From: Octopus bimaculoides
Taxonomy: Eukaryota
NCBI RefSeq assembly: GCF_001194135.2
Contig: NC_068982.1
Span: 137,099,709-137,135,414 of the forward strand
Direction: 5' to 3'
DNA length: 35,706 bases
Below the pieces are notes generated by a model. The model was not told the origin of the DNA. It saw only the letters and a list, made by a program, of their open reading frames with translations, and ran no database searches. Position numbers and translations under genes: made by a program. Shown here one piece after another: positions 1-11,278 of the stretch. How positions within the stretch are numbered: position 1 is the stretch's first letter; each line of letters opens with the position of its first letter.

Positions 1-859
1 AGATCGCCAGCAATTGCTTCATCAGAAATTGCCATCCTACCTCCTGCTAAAAGAGATTACCCTGCTATATATAATCAGGGCAGCGCAAAAAGTTTGTTTT
101 GCACAAGCATTTCTACAGCCAATTAGACGGATGAAATTTACGTATGCTTAATAATGTTATGCAAAACAGCCTTCAGACTTTCCCTATTAATTTTATCGTC
201 TTTTGAATTATGAACATATTTACATCATAAGGGTTTTTTCTTTTTAGTTGATTTTCACCTAGCAAGACTTATCGTAGATGGCGTAATAAGTCACACCAGG
301 ACAAGGTCGGGTTATACTGCTAGTATATATATAAAATAAATACAAATGATATATAAGCATATGCATGTATACATTCATTTATGTACATACCTACATCTAC
401 ATGTATATATAGATGCATATTCGGGTACAGGACGTTAGACAAATGAACGGGAGCATAAAAACAAAATGGACTTTGTTTACAGACAACAGAACGAACACAT
501 AGGAAAACAAACAAGCCACTTGGAATTAATCCTTCATCAGCTGCCTCTATTCTAAAACCTGGCGTTTCGAAGATAAGGCATGTATGTATGTATGTATGTA
601 TGTGTGTGTGTTTGTCCCCCCCAACATCGCTTGACAACCGATGTTGGTGTGTTTACGTCTCCATAACTTAGTGGTTCCGCAAAAGAGACCGATAGAATAA
701 GTACTAGGCTTACAAAGAGTAAGTCCTGGGGTCAATTTGCGCTCGACTAAAGGTGGTGCTCCAGCATGGCCGCAATCAAAATGACTGAAACAAGTAAAAG
801 AGTAAAAGAGTATACAAGAAAAACTGAACTAAATTTTGGAAGCCAAGGAATCTCTTACA

Positions 860-1100
860 AATTTTATGGTACAGATACTTCTATGCCCTTAGTTGATTTG
901 CTAGAAAAATAAACCAAATCTTCCTCAGATCACTCCCAACCATCAAAAAAATAGGAAGAAGGCATTTGATAATGTAGTCCTTATATAACCCCCAAAATAG
1001 AAGACAGTGATTAGTTTGAATGCCTTTCGTCATGAATCTGCTTGATCAGAGAAGGCCTGGGAACTAAACAATAGCAACACAAACAGCAACAACAAAAACA
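860..1100 (+). repeat. Interspersed repeat 3' end with (AAC)-rich tail; second copy at ~3110-3230
   Basis: The shared block gaatg..ttt..tcat.aatct.cttgatcag...g.cctg.g.ctaaaca..a.caac occurs at both places. Confidence 0.55.
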
Positions 1101-1800
1101 GCAATAAGAACAAAGCTGTTATAACTTTGTGTAGTAAATTATGCCACCTACTCAGATCTTTTATATCATTATATAAAAATTTCAATAATTATTGACAATT
1201 AAGTGCCTTGACCATTGACCGATGTGACAAAATGTCGACAGCAGGAATATAAACTATCTCAGTTTTTTAATACATAACTGACTTTGCTAGTCACACTACT
1301 ACGATTTTTTTCTTATATCTTTAAATTTCTATTCAGTAGATTGACAAATTATATTAACGACAAGTGTGTTTATATTGTGTTGGGTTTCTTGGTAGCTTGA
1401 ATGAAAATAACGTAAAACCATTAAGAGCAATGAAATTTATGTTTTATTTGGTATTTCCAGTTTCCTTAGTTATCAATAATAATCTAGTTAAAGTTTTGCT
1501 TCTAAACTGAAATAAATTCATAACAAAAACACGAAATAAACTCTAAAAAGGGTTGTAATTTGAGTTTAAAGACATTATATAAAGTAGATTTATTTATTCT
1601 GAGACAAACACTGTTGAGTCATAAAACAAAAAATTGTCTTTGGGTTATTTTTGTGTGTACTACACTCCTGACAGTATAATAACAATTAATTATTTCTAGA
1701 ACTCTAATTGGAATTAGAGGATAAAGAGGAAAAAAAAAAGTAGATATGTTACAATACAGTATACAGAGATGCAGTGTTCGAATGATACAGGCAATGTTAT

Positions 1801-2031
1801 AAGGCGGTGAGCTGGCATTAAGGTGGTGAGCTGGCAGAATCGTTAGCACGCTGGGTGAAATGCTTAGCGGTATTTCATCTGCCGCTACGTTCTGAGTTCA
1901 AATTCCGCCGAGGTCGACTTTGCTTAAATAAGTACCAGCTATGCACTGGGGTCGATGTAATCGACTTAATCCCTTTGTCTGTCCTTGTTTGTCCCCTCTA
2001 TGTTTAGCCCCTTGAGGGCAATAAAGAAATA
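1801..2031 (+). mobile_element. tRNA-derived SINE, X-tail monomer
   Basis: A-box-like TGGCAGAATCGTTAGC, B-box-like GAGTTCAAATTCC, tail ...gtcccctctatgtttagccccttgagggcaataaagaaat. The first 17 nt of the head are tandemly duplicated (1801-1817, 1820-1836). Confidence 0.85.
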
Positions 2032-3447
2032 TATAACCATTTTTCCATCTTATATATGTGTGTGTTGGCAGGTGAGTGTGTGTGTGAGTGTTTGTATGAA
2101 GGTATTTGACCAAATGGTTCAGGTGTTGCACTCATGATCTAGCTAACACAAGTTCAATTCTCAGACAAAGCAGTACATTGTGTTCTTGAGCAAAACATTT
2201 CATTTCACATTGCTGCAGTCCACTTAGCTGTAAAACCCTGAGACAGAAGAGCTTCCTAATCAGAGATGGAGGATGTTGTCCTGCTTGTCAAGCCAGCAGG
2301 GTGGCATCATTCAAAAGCGAAAACAATGCAAAGCGCATTGTGACCAGCGATGTACAACAACATCTGATTGTCTGGTTGATCATGTGATCACATGATATAT
2401 GTAATACCATATCTTGATGCTGTGTGGGTGAGGATCCTTGATGACTGGCCATAGGTTTATTGAGGAAAGAAGTCATAATTCTACCAGAACCAATTCTGAA
2501 CACTTTGAAACCTAAACCATTCTGAGATTCTTGTTCAAGTGGATGAAAAACAAAACCGGCTTTGGTGGGAATTGAACTCAGAATGCCAAGACTTGAAAAA
2601 AGTGCCTCAAAGCATTTTGTCCAAAATGCTAATGATTCTTCCAACCCACTGCCTTAAATCATTTCCTAAGAATATATAAATACATGGAGTAGTTATGTAT
2701 CTTTTCTACATACTGGTTCCTATCTCTCTTTCACCATTCTCAGATTCTTATTCACATGTTTCGATGATTGGCACCCATACCAACCTTTATTCATTGGACA
2801 CTAAACTCAGGTTGCGAAGACCTGTTGGGGCAAGTGAGATCGAAAATGAACCAAATTCGATGATTGGCACCCGTGCCAGTGGAACACTAATAGCACCATC
2901 CGAGCAGGATCACTGCCAGAGCAGCGGTCTTACTTCCGTGCCAGTGGCACGTAAAAAGCACCATTTGAGCTCAATCGTTTCCAGCTTTACCTTACTGCCA
3001 CTTGTGCCGGTGACATGTGAACATGTTAAGGTCTTATTATCTTAAAGTCATTGGTGGTGGTAGTGGTGGTGGTGGTGAGAAGGAAGAGAAGGAGAAGGAG
3101 GAGGACAAATGCTGTTTTGAGATGCACTGTGCCAGAAATTAAGATGGGATGGTCACAGTTGGAATGTATTTAATCATAAATCTACTTGATCAGGCATGGC
3201 CTGAGGCTAAACAGCATCAACAGCCACAACCACATGCCGAGTTCTGCTGTTGACACATAATAATAATAATGCAACATGAATGTATTAAACATTAAATGTA
3301 ATAACAAGGATGTGTTGCTTGTCTTTCCCAGTTTCTCACTGTGTGCGTGTAATGTGGGAGATTTATTATTGTTTTAGGCAATTTTTGTTATCAAATTCAA
3401 ACTAAATAATACAATTATTTTTCCCAAAAGTAGAAAATTAAATAAAA

Positions 3448-3450
<3 letters not shown>

Positions 3451-3493
<43 letters not shown>
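3451..3493 (+). repeat. (TG)n microsatellite; representative of many simple repeats
   Basis: Others: (TA)n at ~4287-4316, 8430-8478, 14100-14135, 24945-24983, 25320-25362, 31390-31436; (TAA)n at ~8992-9022 and 32056-32130; (TACA)n at ~25862-25897; mixed TA/TG at 35390-35610. Confidence 0.95.
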
Positions 3494-3495
<2 letters not shown>

Positions 3496-3664
3496 TCAAT
3501 ATTTTTCTGAAACAAACAGAAAGCAGATTAAAACAGATTAAACTTAGTGAGAAACCAGAAAATATTTAAAATGATATAACTTTAAGGATAAACAAAAAAT
3601 TTCTTTTCAGTCACATTACTAAAATAGTTATCTTTTGACAGTGTCTAAAGTAACATGAATGCAA

Positions 3665-3665
<1 letters not shown>

Positions 3666-3726
<61 letters not shown>

Positions 3727-3925
3727 TGTTTAACGTCCGTGTTCCATGCTGGCATGGGTTGGACGGTTTGACTGAGGACTGGCAAACCAGATAGCTACAC
3801 CAGGCTCCAATCTGATTTGGCAATGCTTCTACAGCTGGATGCCCTTCCTAACACCAACCACTCTGAGAGTGTAGTGGGTGCTTTTTATGTGCCACTGGCA
3901 TGAGGAGCCAGTCAGGCAGGCCTGG
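3666..3925 (-). mobile_element. RTE 3'-end copy with long (TCA)n tail (3666-3726)
   Basis: About 20 TCA units followed by ttaacgtccgtgttccatgctggcatgggttggacg...ggatgcccttcctaac. Further copies: 2755-3030 (+), 10440-10600 (+), 15972-16110 (-), 21690-21950 (+), 24985-25148 (-), 32168-32320 (+). Confidence 0.85.
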
Positions 3926-4283
3926 CGTCAACATTCAGATAGTGCTTTCTATCAATCAATCAATCATCAAGGTTAGTCAAAGTCCTTATGTTACAATTTG
4001 CAACCTCTTCAGCGACATTCCCTTTCTTTTCCCTGTCAGTTTCAGATCTCAGGCAACTAGTTAATTGATTGATTGACCAAATGAGTGATCAGTTAATTGG
4101 TTAAGTAAACAACAAATAATAATAAAAGAAGGGAAGTAGAACCAACACATGCGTTTAGTATTAATGACCTTCAAAAGGCAGCGAGCTAGCAGAAACGTTA
4201 GCACGCCAGGCGAAATGCTTAGCGGACTGCTCAAAGCTTACTTGCTTCCTACACCTTGATCCTTGGAGCTCACATTTTCATAT

Positions 4284-4317
<34 letters not shown>

Positions 4318-4319
<2 letters not shown>

Positions 4320-4405
4320 GTAGAGGCATACCCAGGAAGACATGGGATGAGGTGGTCAAGCATGACCTTCGAACGTTGGGCCTCACAGAGTCCTGTTTCT
4401 ATACA
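4318..4405 (+). mobile_element. Short RTE LINE C-terminal fragment
   Basis: Translates RGRGIPRKTWDEVVKHDLRTLGLTE, homologous to the ends of the two larger RTE copies in this window. Confidence 0.75.
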
Positions 4406-4511
4406 AAGGGTCTTCCAGCAGCCACCCTCTTGACCCAGGGCAGCACTACCTCTTCAAGGCACTTGATATAGACTTCTGTGTTGTGTCTGAGACTATGGGG
4501 GAAGATGAATG

Positions 4512-4872
4512 GAGTTCAAATTCCACCGAGGTCGACTTTGCCTTTCATCCTTTCGGGGTCGATAAATTAAGTACCGGTTACACACTGGGGTCGATGTAAT
4601 CGATTTAATCCCTTTGCCTGTCCTTGCTTGTCACTTCTATGTTTAGCCCCTTGTGGGCAATAAAGAAATAAGAAATGTCTTCATGCTGGGCGAAATGCCT
4701 AGCAGTATTTTGTCTGTCTGTACATTCTGAGTTCAAATTCCACCGAGGTCGACTTTGCCTTTCATCCTTTCGGGGTCGATAAATTAAATACCAGTTGCAT
4801 ATTGGGGTTGATCTGAGCAACTGGCCCTCTCCCCCAAAATTTCAGGCCTTGTGCATAGAGTAGAAAAGATTA
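4512..4872 (+). mobile_element. X-Y SINE dimer (its head may be the fragment at 4175-4225)
   Basis: X tail ...gggcaataaagaaataagaaa joins a second unit at ~4671, which ends in the Y tail ...aaaatttcaggccttgtgcatagagtagaaaag. Confidence 0.85.
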
Positions 4873-5215
4873 ATGATCTCCATGAGATTCAACAAAATCA
4901 ATTTTATCCTTTTTTTTGTTTCCATTTAATAATGCTTCAATTCATTTGACCAGTGACAAGTCGCACAAATCCTGAGCCAGACTTGAACTTAGAAACTTTA
5001 TTTTTATATAAAGAGTATCATCCTGCTGATTCACTAAGTACAATTATTTGCATGTTTGTAAGAAATCTAAGACCATTTATTCAATAGTGGCCACAAATTT
5101 GAGGTGAAGTTGTTGCTAAACTTACTGATTGAGTCATCATGAAGTATTGTACATAATGTTTCATGGTAGTTGTTGCCTATATTCGAAATTTCCATCCGTA
5201 AAGGCTTATAATTGT

Positions 5216-5895
5216 GTACTGCCTAACTGGTCCCGTGCCAGTGACATGTAAAACGCACCATTCAAGCGTGATCATTGCCAGTGCCGCCTGATTGGCTCTT
5301 GTGTTGGTGGCACATAAAAAGCACCATCTGAGCATGGTTGATGCCAGTGCTAGCTGACTGGTCCCATGCCCATGGCACATAAAAAGCATCATTTGAGCAT
5401 GGTTGTTGCCTGTGCCACCTGACTGGCTCCTGTGTCTGTGACATTTAATAAGCACCATCCAAGCGTGATCATTGCCAGTGCCGCCTGACTGGCTCCTGTG
5501 TCAGTGAAATGTAAAGAGCACCATTCAAGTGTGATCATTGCCAGTGCCACCTGACTAGCTCTTGTGTTGGTGGCACATAAAAAGCACCATCTGAGCATGG
5601 TTGATGCCAGTGCTAGCTGACTGGTCCCATGCCCATGGCACATAAAAAGCATCATTTGAGCATGGTTGTTGCCTGTGCAGCCTGACTGGCCCTCATGCCG
5701 GTGGGACATAAAAAGCACCCACTATACTTTCAGAGTAGTTGGTGTTAGGAAGGGCATCCAGCTGTAGAAACTTTGCCCGAACAGATTGGAGCCTGGTACA
5801 GCCTTCTGGCTTGCCAGCCTTCTGGCTTGCCAGCCCTCAGTCAAACCGTCCAACCCATGCCAGCATGGAAAGCAGATTTTAAGCGACGATGACAC
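5216..5895 (+). mobile_element. 5'-truncated RTE 3' end with eight tandem ~65-66 bp modules
   Basis: Modules start at ~5216, 5276, 5342, 5407, 5473, 5539, 5605 and 5670, followed by gttaggaagggcatccagctgtagaaac...ccaacccatgccagcatggaaagc. Confidence 0.85.
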
Positions 5896-6171
5896 AGATT
5901 TTAAGTGACAAATCTGAAAGAATATTTTCATCTTTCTGACTTTGTTTCAGTCATTGAACTGCCACCATGATGGGGTACTGCCTTCAAGGGTCTGCTCAAA
6001 CAAATTAACCCCAGTATCTATTTTTAAGTCTGCTGCTTATTTTACCTGTCTCTCTTTCTGAACTTCTAAGTTATGGAAGCCATAAACAAACCAACACAGG
6101 TTGTCAAGTAGTGCTGTAGAACAAACAAACATACACAAAGACACATGTATAAATATAAACATATACCATTG

Positions 6172-6535
6172 TCATCATCATCATTTAACGTCTGTAGTCC
6201 ATGCTGGCATGGGTTGGACAGTTTGACAAGGGCTGGTCAGCTGGAAGGCTGCACCAGATTCTAGTTTGATTTGGCATGCTTTTCTATGGTTGGATGTCCT
6301 TCCTAAAGGCAATCACTCGAAGGGTATAATGGGTATTTTTATGTGCCACCAGCACGGGTGCCATTTGCGTGACACCAGGGTGCATTTATGTGCCACTGGC
6401 ACGGATGCCAATTTGCATGACACTGGTATCTGCTACGACTGCAATTTTGCTCATCTTGATAGGTCTTCTTCTCAAGCACAACATAATGCCAAAGGTATCG
6501 GTCATTGCCTCTGTGAGGCCTAACACTTGAAAGGA
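6172..6535 (-). mobile_element. RTE LINE 3' end (ORF end + modular 3' UTR + (GAT)n tail)
   Basis: Minus strand gttaggcctcacagaggcaatgacc...gtgcttgagaag (LGLTEAM...VLEK) runs directly into gtgccagtggcacataaa modules, the ggaagggcatccagc-type motif and the gatgatg tail. This shows the family of ATG-tailed repeats is the RTE 3' UTR. Confidence 0.8.
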
Positions 6536-6696
6536 ACTCAGCCACTTTGCTTCCAATAGCCTTCCACACAGTTTCCATTAACTAAATTCTCTCATAAGGC
6601 ATTGGTCAGTCCCAGGTGGTATTAGAAAACACTTGTCGAAGATGCCACACATTCGGATTGAATCCAAAACTACATGGTTGCAAAACAAGCATCTTA

Positions 6697-6924
6697 TTTC
6701 TTTATTGTCCACAAGGGACTAAACATAGAGGGGACAAACAAGGACGGACAAAGGGATTAAGTCGATTATATCGACCCCAGTGTGTAAGTGGTACTTAATT
6801 TATCAACCCCGAAAGGATGAAAGGCAAAGTCGACCTCGGCGGAATTTGAATTCAGAACGTAACGGCAGATGAAATACCGCTAAGCATTTCGCCCGGCGTG
6901 CTAACGTTTCTGCCAGCTCGCCAC
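6697..6924 (-). mobile_element. X SINE inserted into the head of an OR2-like SINE
   Basis: 18-bp TSD TGCAAAACAAG(C/T)ATCTTA at 6679-6696 and 6925-6942. The host head continues on both sides (6535-6696, 6925-6962). Confidence 0.88.
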
Positions 6925-7137
6925 TGCAAAACAAGTATCTTAACCACATAGCCATGCTTGCACCTCTTAAATATTCTGAGGTTTTTTGTGTGTTGTTTCC
7001 ACTTTTTTTTTTTTTTTTGACCAGACACTGCAAATAAGATTGAGTCACAACAGAAGCCCACAAAAAAGTCTAATAAAAAAAAATGATTAAATAACAAAAT
7101 CAGAACTGTCTAAACCAATGGCATGAGAAAAGAAATT

Positions 7138-7212
7138 ATTAACCGTGATGGGATTAAATTTCAATTATAGATAAAGAACAGCAGGAAAATCAAAGAAGCA
7201 ATACATATAGTA
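7138..7212 (+). mobile_element. Possible GIY-YIG C-terminal remnant (Penelope-like)
   Basis: Frameshifted pieces INRDGIK / ISIIDKEQ / RKIKEAIHI resemble I+W+.++I+D+E....R.IKEAI.I. Confidence 0.35.
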
Positions 7213-7524
7213 CTTATTAATAATCCAATCAGTCTAGTCTAGCACTGTTTTCAGCTCAATCTGGTTGCCATTACAGGCAACTTCTGCTTTAATATCCTAC
7301 AGGCATGCTAATAACTGTACATATATCAGTGACTTAGTAGAATTCAAGATTAATATCCATAATTTTGAAATATATGTTTCAAGTAGAAAGTGGATGTCTG
7401 GGAACAGGACACTAGATATTGATAAGAATATTTAATGAAATAAAACTTCAGTTTCGCAGTACTATATGCACATATATTTACATTTATCAGGTGTGTACAA
7501 AAAATAGACACCCTTATATGTCAG

Positions 7525-8412
7525 CAGGGGTCCTTAGAAGTAGTAAACAGTTTATGTTACTTTAGGTGACCAATTTAGTACATGGTGGAGGTTGTTTCGA
7601 AAGTATAGCTGTTAGAATAAGAATTGGCTGGGCAAAGTTCAGAGAGCTACTTACTACCTCTGTTGGTAATGAAAGGCATCTCTCTCAGAGTGAAAGGCAG
7701 ATTGTATGATGCTTGTGTACAAACAGCTATGCTACATGGCAGTGAAACATGGGCTGTGACTACTGAGGATATGTGAAGGCTTGAAGGAAATAAAGCCAGT
7801 ATGCTCTGCTAGATGGGTAATGTCCTCCTGTGCAGGTGGCACATACAATACACCATTTTGAGCATGGCTGTTGCCAGTACCGCCTGATTGGCCATCGTGC
7901 TGGTGGCACGTAAAAGCACCAACTACACTCTCGGAGTGGTTGGCATTAGGAAGGGCATCCAGCTGTAGAAACTCTGCCCAATCAGATTGGAGCCTGGTGT
8001 AGCCATCTGGATTGCCATTCCTCAGTCAAATCGTCCAACCCATGCTAGCATGGAAAGCGGACGTTAAACGATGATGATGATGATGATGTAAGTGATTTGA
8101 GAGAAAAACTGGGTATATGAGGCATCAGAAGTGGTGTGCAAGAGAGAAGACTGTGCTGGTATAGTCATGTGATGTGTATGAGTGAAGACGCTTGCATCAA
8201 GAGATGCTGATATCTAATTGTAGAGAGAACATGTAAAAGGGGTAGACCCAGGAAGATGTGGGATGAAGTGGTTGGCATTAGGAAGGGCATCCAACTGTAG
8301 AAACTCTGCCAGATCAGATTGGGGCCTGGTGTAGCCATCTGGTTCACCAGTCCTCAGTAAAACCGGCCAACCCATGCTAGCATGGAAAGGGGATGTTAAA
8401 CAATGATGATGA
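7525..8412 (+). mobile_element. Decayed RTE-clade LINE C-terminal region, interrupted by an RTE 3'-end copy (7825-8090)
   Basis: Reads through frameshifts as LEVV..F.YLGDQ...GGCFESIAVRIRIGWAKFRELL...KGISLRVKGRLYDACVQTAMLHGSETWAVTTEDM*RLEGNKASML, then VSDLREKLGI*GIRSGVQERRLCWYSHVM...RGRPRKMWDEVV. It joins the 3' UTR ending in (GAT)n. Confidence 0.88.
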
Positions 8413-8417
8413 TGATA

Positions 8418-8485
<68 letters not shown>

Positions 8486-8794
8486 TAAAATAGAGCTGGA
8501 GTGAGAGGTGAAGGTAGAGGAGATAAATGGCAAAGAGAGTGTCATATGAATGAGAAAGGAAGGGGTGATAGATGAATGACAAAGGAAGGAGGGAAAAAGC
8601 CGAGAAACGGTGTTTGAAGTGTAAGTAAATGTGTGTGCGTGTGTGTGTGTGTGTGCGCGCAATAGAAATGGGATGGTAATGTTCAATGCTGAAAATGTGT
8701 CAGTATATATGTGTATGTGGCTGTGTATGTGTGTGTATGCACAAGAGAACTATGCGAAACTTTACATGTACATGTAAAGTAAAGAAAATATGAA

Positions 8795-8991
8795 AAATGA
8801 TCCAGAATCCTTGTCCGGTACTGGATCAATCCCAAAGTCTAATGAGTTTGTGCCAGTCACGAGGCCAAACGTCCCTGAAAGTTTCATTCAAATCCATCAA
8901 GCGGTTCTTGAGATATCTTGTCCACGGACAGACAAACAAACAAACAAACATGACTGAAAACAATACCTCCACCTTAGTGAAGGCAGATGTG

Positions 8992-8994
<3 letters not shown>
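8795..8994 (+). mobile_element. Second, 5'-truncated copy of the HINE-like element
   Basis: Aligns to 14775-14959 (atccagaatccttgtcc...tttgtgccagtca.gaggccaaac.tccctgaaagtttc...gaaaaca.tacct); followed by a (TAA)n tract. Confidence 0.75.
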
Positions 8995-9023
<29 letters not shown>

Positions 9024-9249
9024 TTGTTATTAGATTAGTTAAATCTATTGAACTTGCCAGGTGTTTTGCCATTGTAAATTAGTTTCAACTCTGTTGTTTT
9101 AAGAAATAAAAAAGTTTTGCTCTTGGTGAAAAGAAAATGGAAAATTAATTAATTAAAAGCATCTTAATTCTCTTGATTGTCACAACTCAATTATTTAATC
9201 TTTAGCTCCATAAAGTGGTTTAAGTCATTACAGTTAGGTTCACATAATG

Positions 9250-9800
9250 AATTAACAAAGTTGTTTGTTGCGAGATAAAATGCTGTGTGTTGTATCTTTG
9301 GAAGTATGTGTCTTGTGTTGGGTTTTGCCAGTCTTTGCAGATTTTTGTCAGTTGTATTTCTTTACTGATTTGCCGCTTTCAAATGTCTTCCTTTCTTGGT
9401 GTTAATCCACCTACTATTCTACGGTGATACTTTATTGCTTGATTAGTGTTCCGTCCATGGCTATCTAGTCTCATTTTCTGATATATTACATTATAATTAA
9501 ATTCTTCAATAGGTTAGGTTTCTTAAAACATTGTATTCTAATTGGTCAAGTGATTATATAGCAACTCCCTGTTACACATCATTGCTCTCATCATTTTACA
9601 TTGTTGCTGTTTTGATAATGTTACAATATTTTGGTCGGTGCCATCATTTTCCAGTGTCTTTTTCAACAGTTCTGGTTTGATGGTTTATTGAAAGACATCA
9701 TATTTGTCATTTATGATTAGTTACAGGTCATAACTCAATACACCAAAGATATTTATTAAGTATGTCTATACGCATCTATACACTTTCAACAGACAACATT
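9250..9800 (-). mobile_element. Highly decayed non-LTR reverse-transcriptase remnant
   Basis: Minus frame INDKYDVFQ*TIKPELLKKTLENDGTDQNIVTLSK resembles the ID+.KAFDS+.H..L.+.L...G+...++.+I block. Later GRNTNQAIKYHRRIV sits where YADD would be expected. Weak. Confidence 0.35.
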
Positions 9801-10845
9801 TAATTTACAGTTATGTTATTGTAATGGTTAGCACATTTTATCTCCATAATCATATTACACAACTCGACTCTTATACATAATATTATAACTCCAACAATAG
9901 AACTGATGAAAGAAAATAAAAGACATTAGCATGAAATATTTAACACCTGACATGAAATTACATATTAGCAATCAGTTAGTGTAAATGCAGTTCTTAACTC
10001 AAATCACATCAATGTCTCTCAAGAGAGTTGTGTTAAGATACCTGGATGGCTGAGGTCTTAGCATTAGGATAGTATCTTAGTCACTGATTACTAAACAATT
10101 CATCATTACGGTATCATGTGCCTGCTAACGGAACATTTAATTCTCAATGGTCTGCTTTGGCTGGAAGCAAATACATTCATCAGAATACAGAGAGCTTACT
10201 GATGTAAGAAGAAGATAGTGTTGTATAATGAATGACGATTCATTCGTTTGAGTGAAACCAGCAATATACAAGACGGAATTGTTAATGAATTACTTTATGT
10301 TCTAAATGAAGAGGGACATGCTCCAGCACTTTTTTTTTTTTTTTTTTNNNNNNNNNNTTTTTTTTTTTTTTATTTTGCATTGCCACATCCAGTGCTGGTG
10401 TTGTTCTGGTGCTGGTGTTGTTCTGGTGCTGGTGCCATGTCCATTGCTGGTGCCACATAAAAAGCACCTGTCCGGCCATAAAAACCATAAAACAGACAGT
10501 GGAGATTGGTGCAGTCTTCTGGCTTTCCCAGCTCCTGTCAAACCATCCAACCCATGCCAGCATGGAAGATAGACGTTAAATGATTATGATCATGATCATG
10601 AAAAGCAACTATAAACAAAATGTAATAAAAGGTTTTCTTTAATTAGATTCGGTTAACATTCGAAATCTACCTCTACCAATGTCTCTGTCCTCATATATTT
10701 TCCCTTCTAGCTATGATCCAGTCACAAACAAGAAGTCGATGCAAGGATGAGTAAATGCTTATTCATATCAACTTTAAACTAAAGACAGTTGGAATGATGA
10801 GTAGGGTTATGTCTAATGTGTACCCCCATCATCCACTCTGTTTCT

Positions 10846-11278
10846 TATTTCTTTACTGCCTACAAGGGACTACACACAGAGGGGACAAACAAAGACAAAC
10901 GGATTAAGTCGGTTACATCGACCCCAGTGTGTAACTGGTACTTATTTAATCGACCCCAAAAGGATGAAAGGCAAAGTCGACCTTGGCAGAATTTGAACGG
11001 CAGACAAAATACTGCTAAGCATTTCGCCCAGCATGCTAACGTTTCTTATTTCTTTATTGCTCACAAGGGGCTAAACATAGAGGGGACAAACAAGGACAGA
11101 CAAATGGATCAAGTCGATTATATCGACCCTAGTGCGTAACTGGTACTTATTTAATCGACCCCGAAGGGATGAAAGGCGAAGTTGACCTCAGCGGAATTTG
11201 AACTCAGAACGTAGCGGCAGACAAAATACCGCTAAGCATTTCGCCCGGTGTGCTAAAATTTCTCCCAGCTCGCTACCT
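10846..11278 (-). mobile_element. X-X SINE dimer
   Basis: Two head-to-tail X units joined at ~11035-11046, flanked by the 17-bp TSD TCATCCAC(T/C)CTGTTTCT (10829-10845, 11279-11295). Confidence 0.88.

Noticed and set aside
1-150. Two open plus-strand frames at the window edge, and a minus-strand CTGATGA-A-GC...GC motif at 1-25
   Set aside because: The peptides have no recognisable motif and no splice context can be seen. The hammerhead-like box is followed by GATC, not GAAA, and is cut by the window boundary.
1820-1915. tRNA-like heads with A/B boxes (also 13405-13470, 25455-25520, 32728-32790)
   Set aside because: No complete cloverleaf; each continues into a SINE body and tail, so they are not tRNA genes.
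4020-4110. Strong polypyrimidine tract with AG acceptors
   Set aside because: All three downstream frames close within ~25 nt and there is no convincing donor.
5216-5720. Regular ~65-bp palindromic units resembling a CRISPR array
   Set aside because: There are no unique spacers; units are contiguous tandem modules of a eukaryotic LINE 3' UTR and no cas genes are present.
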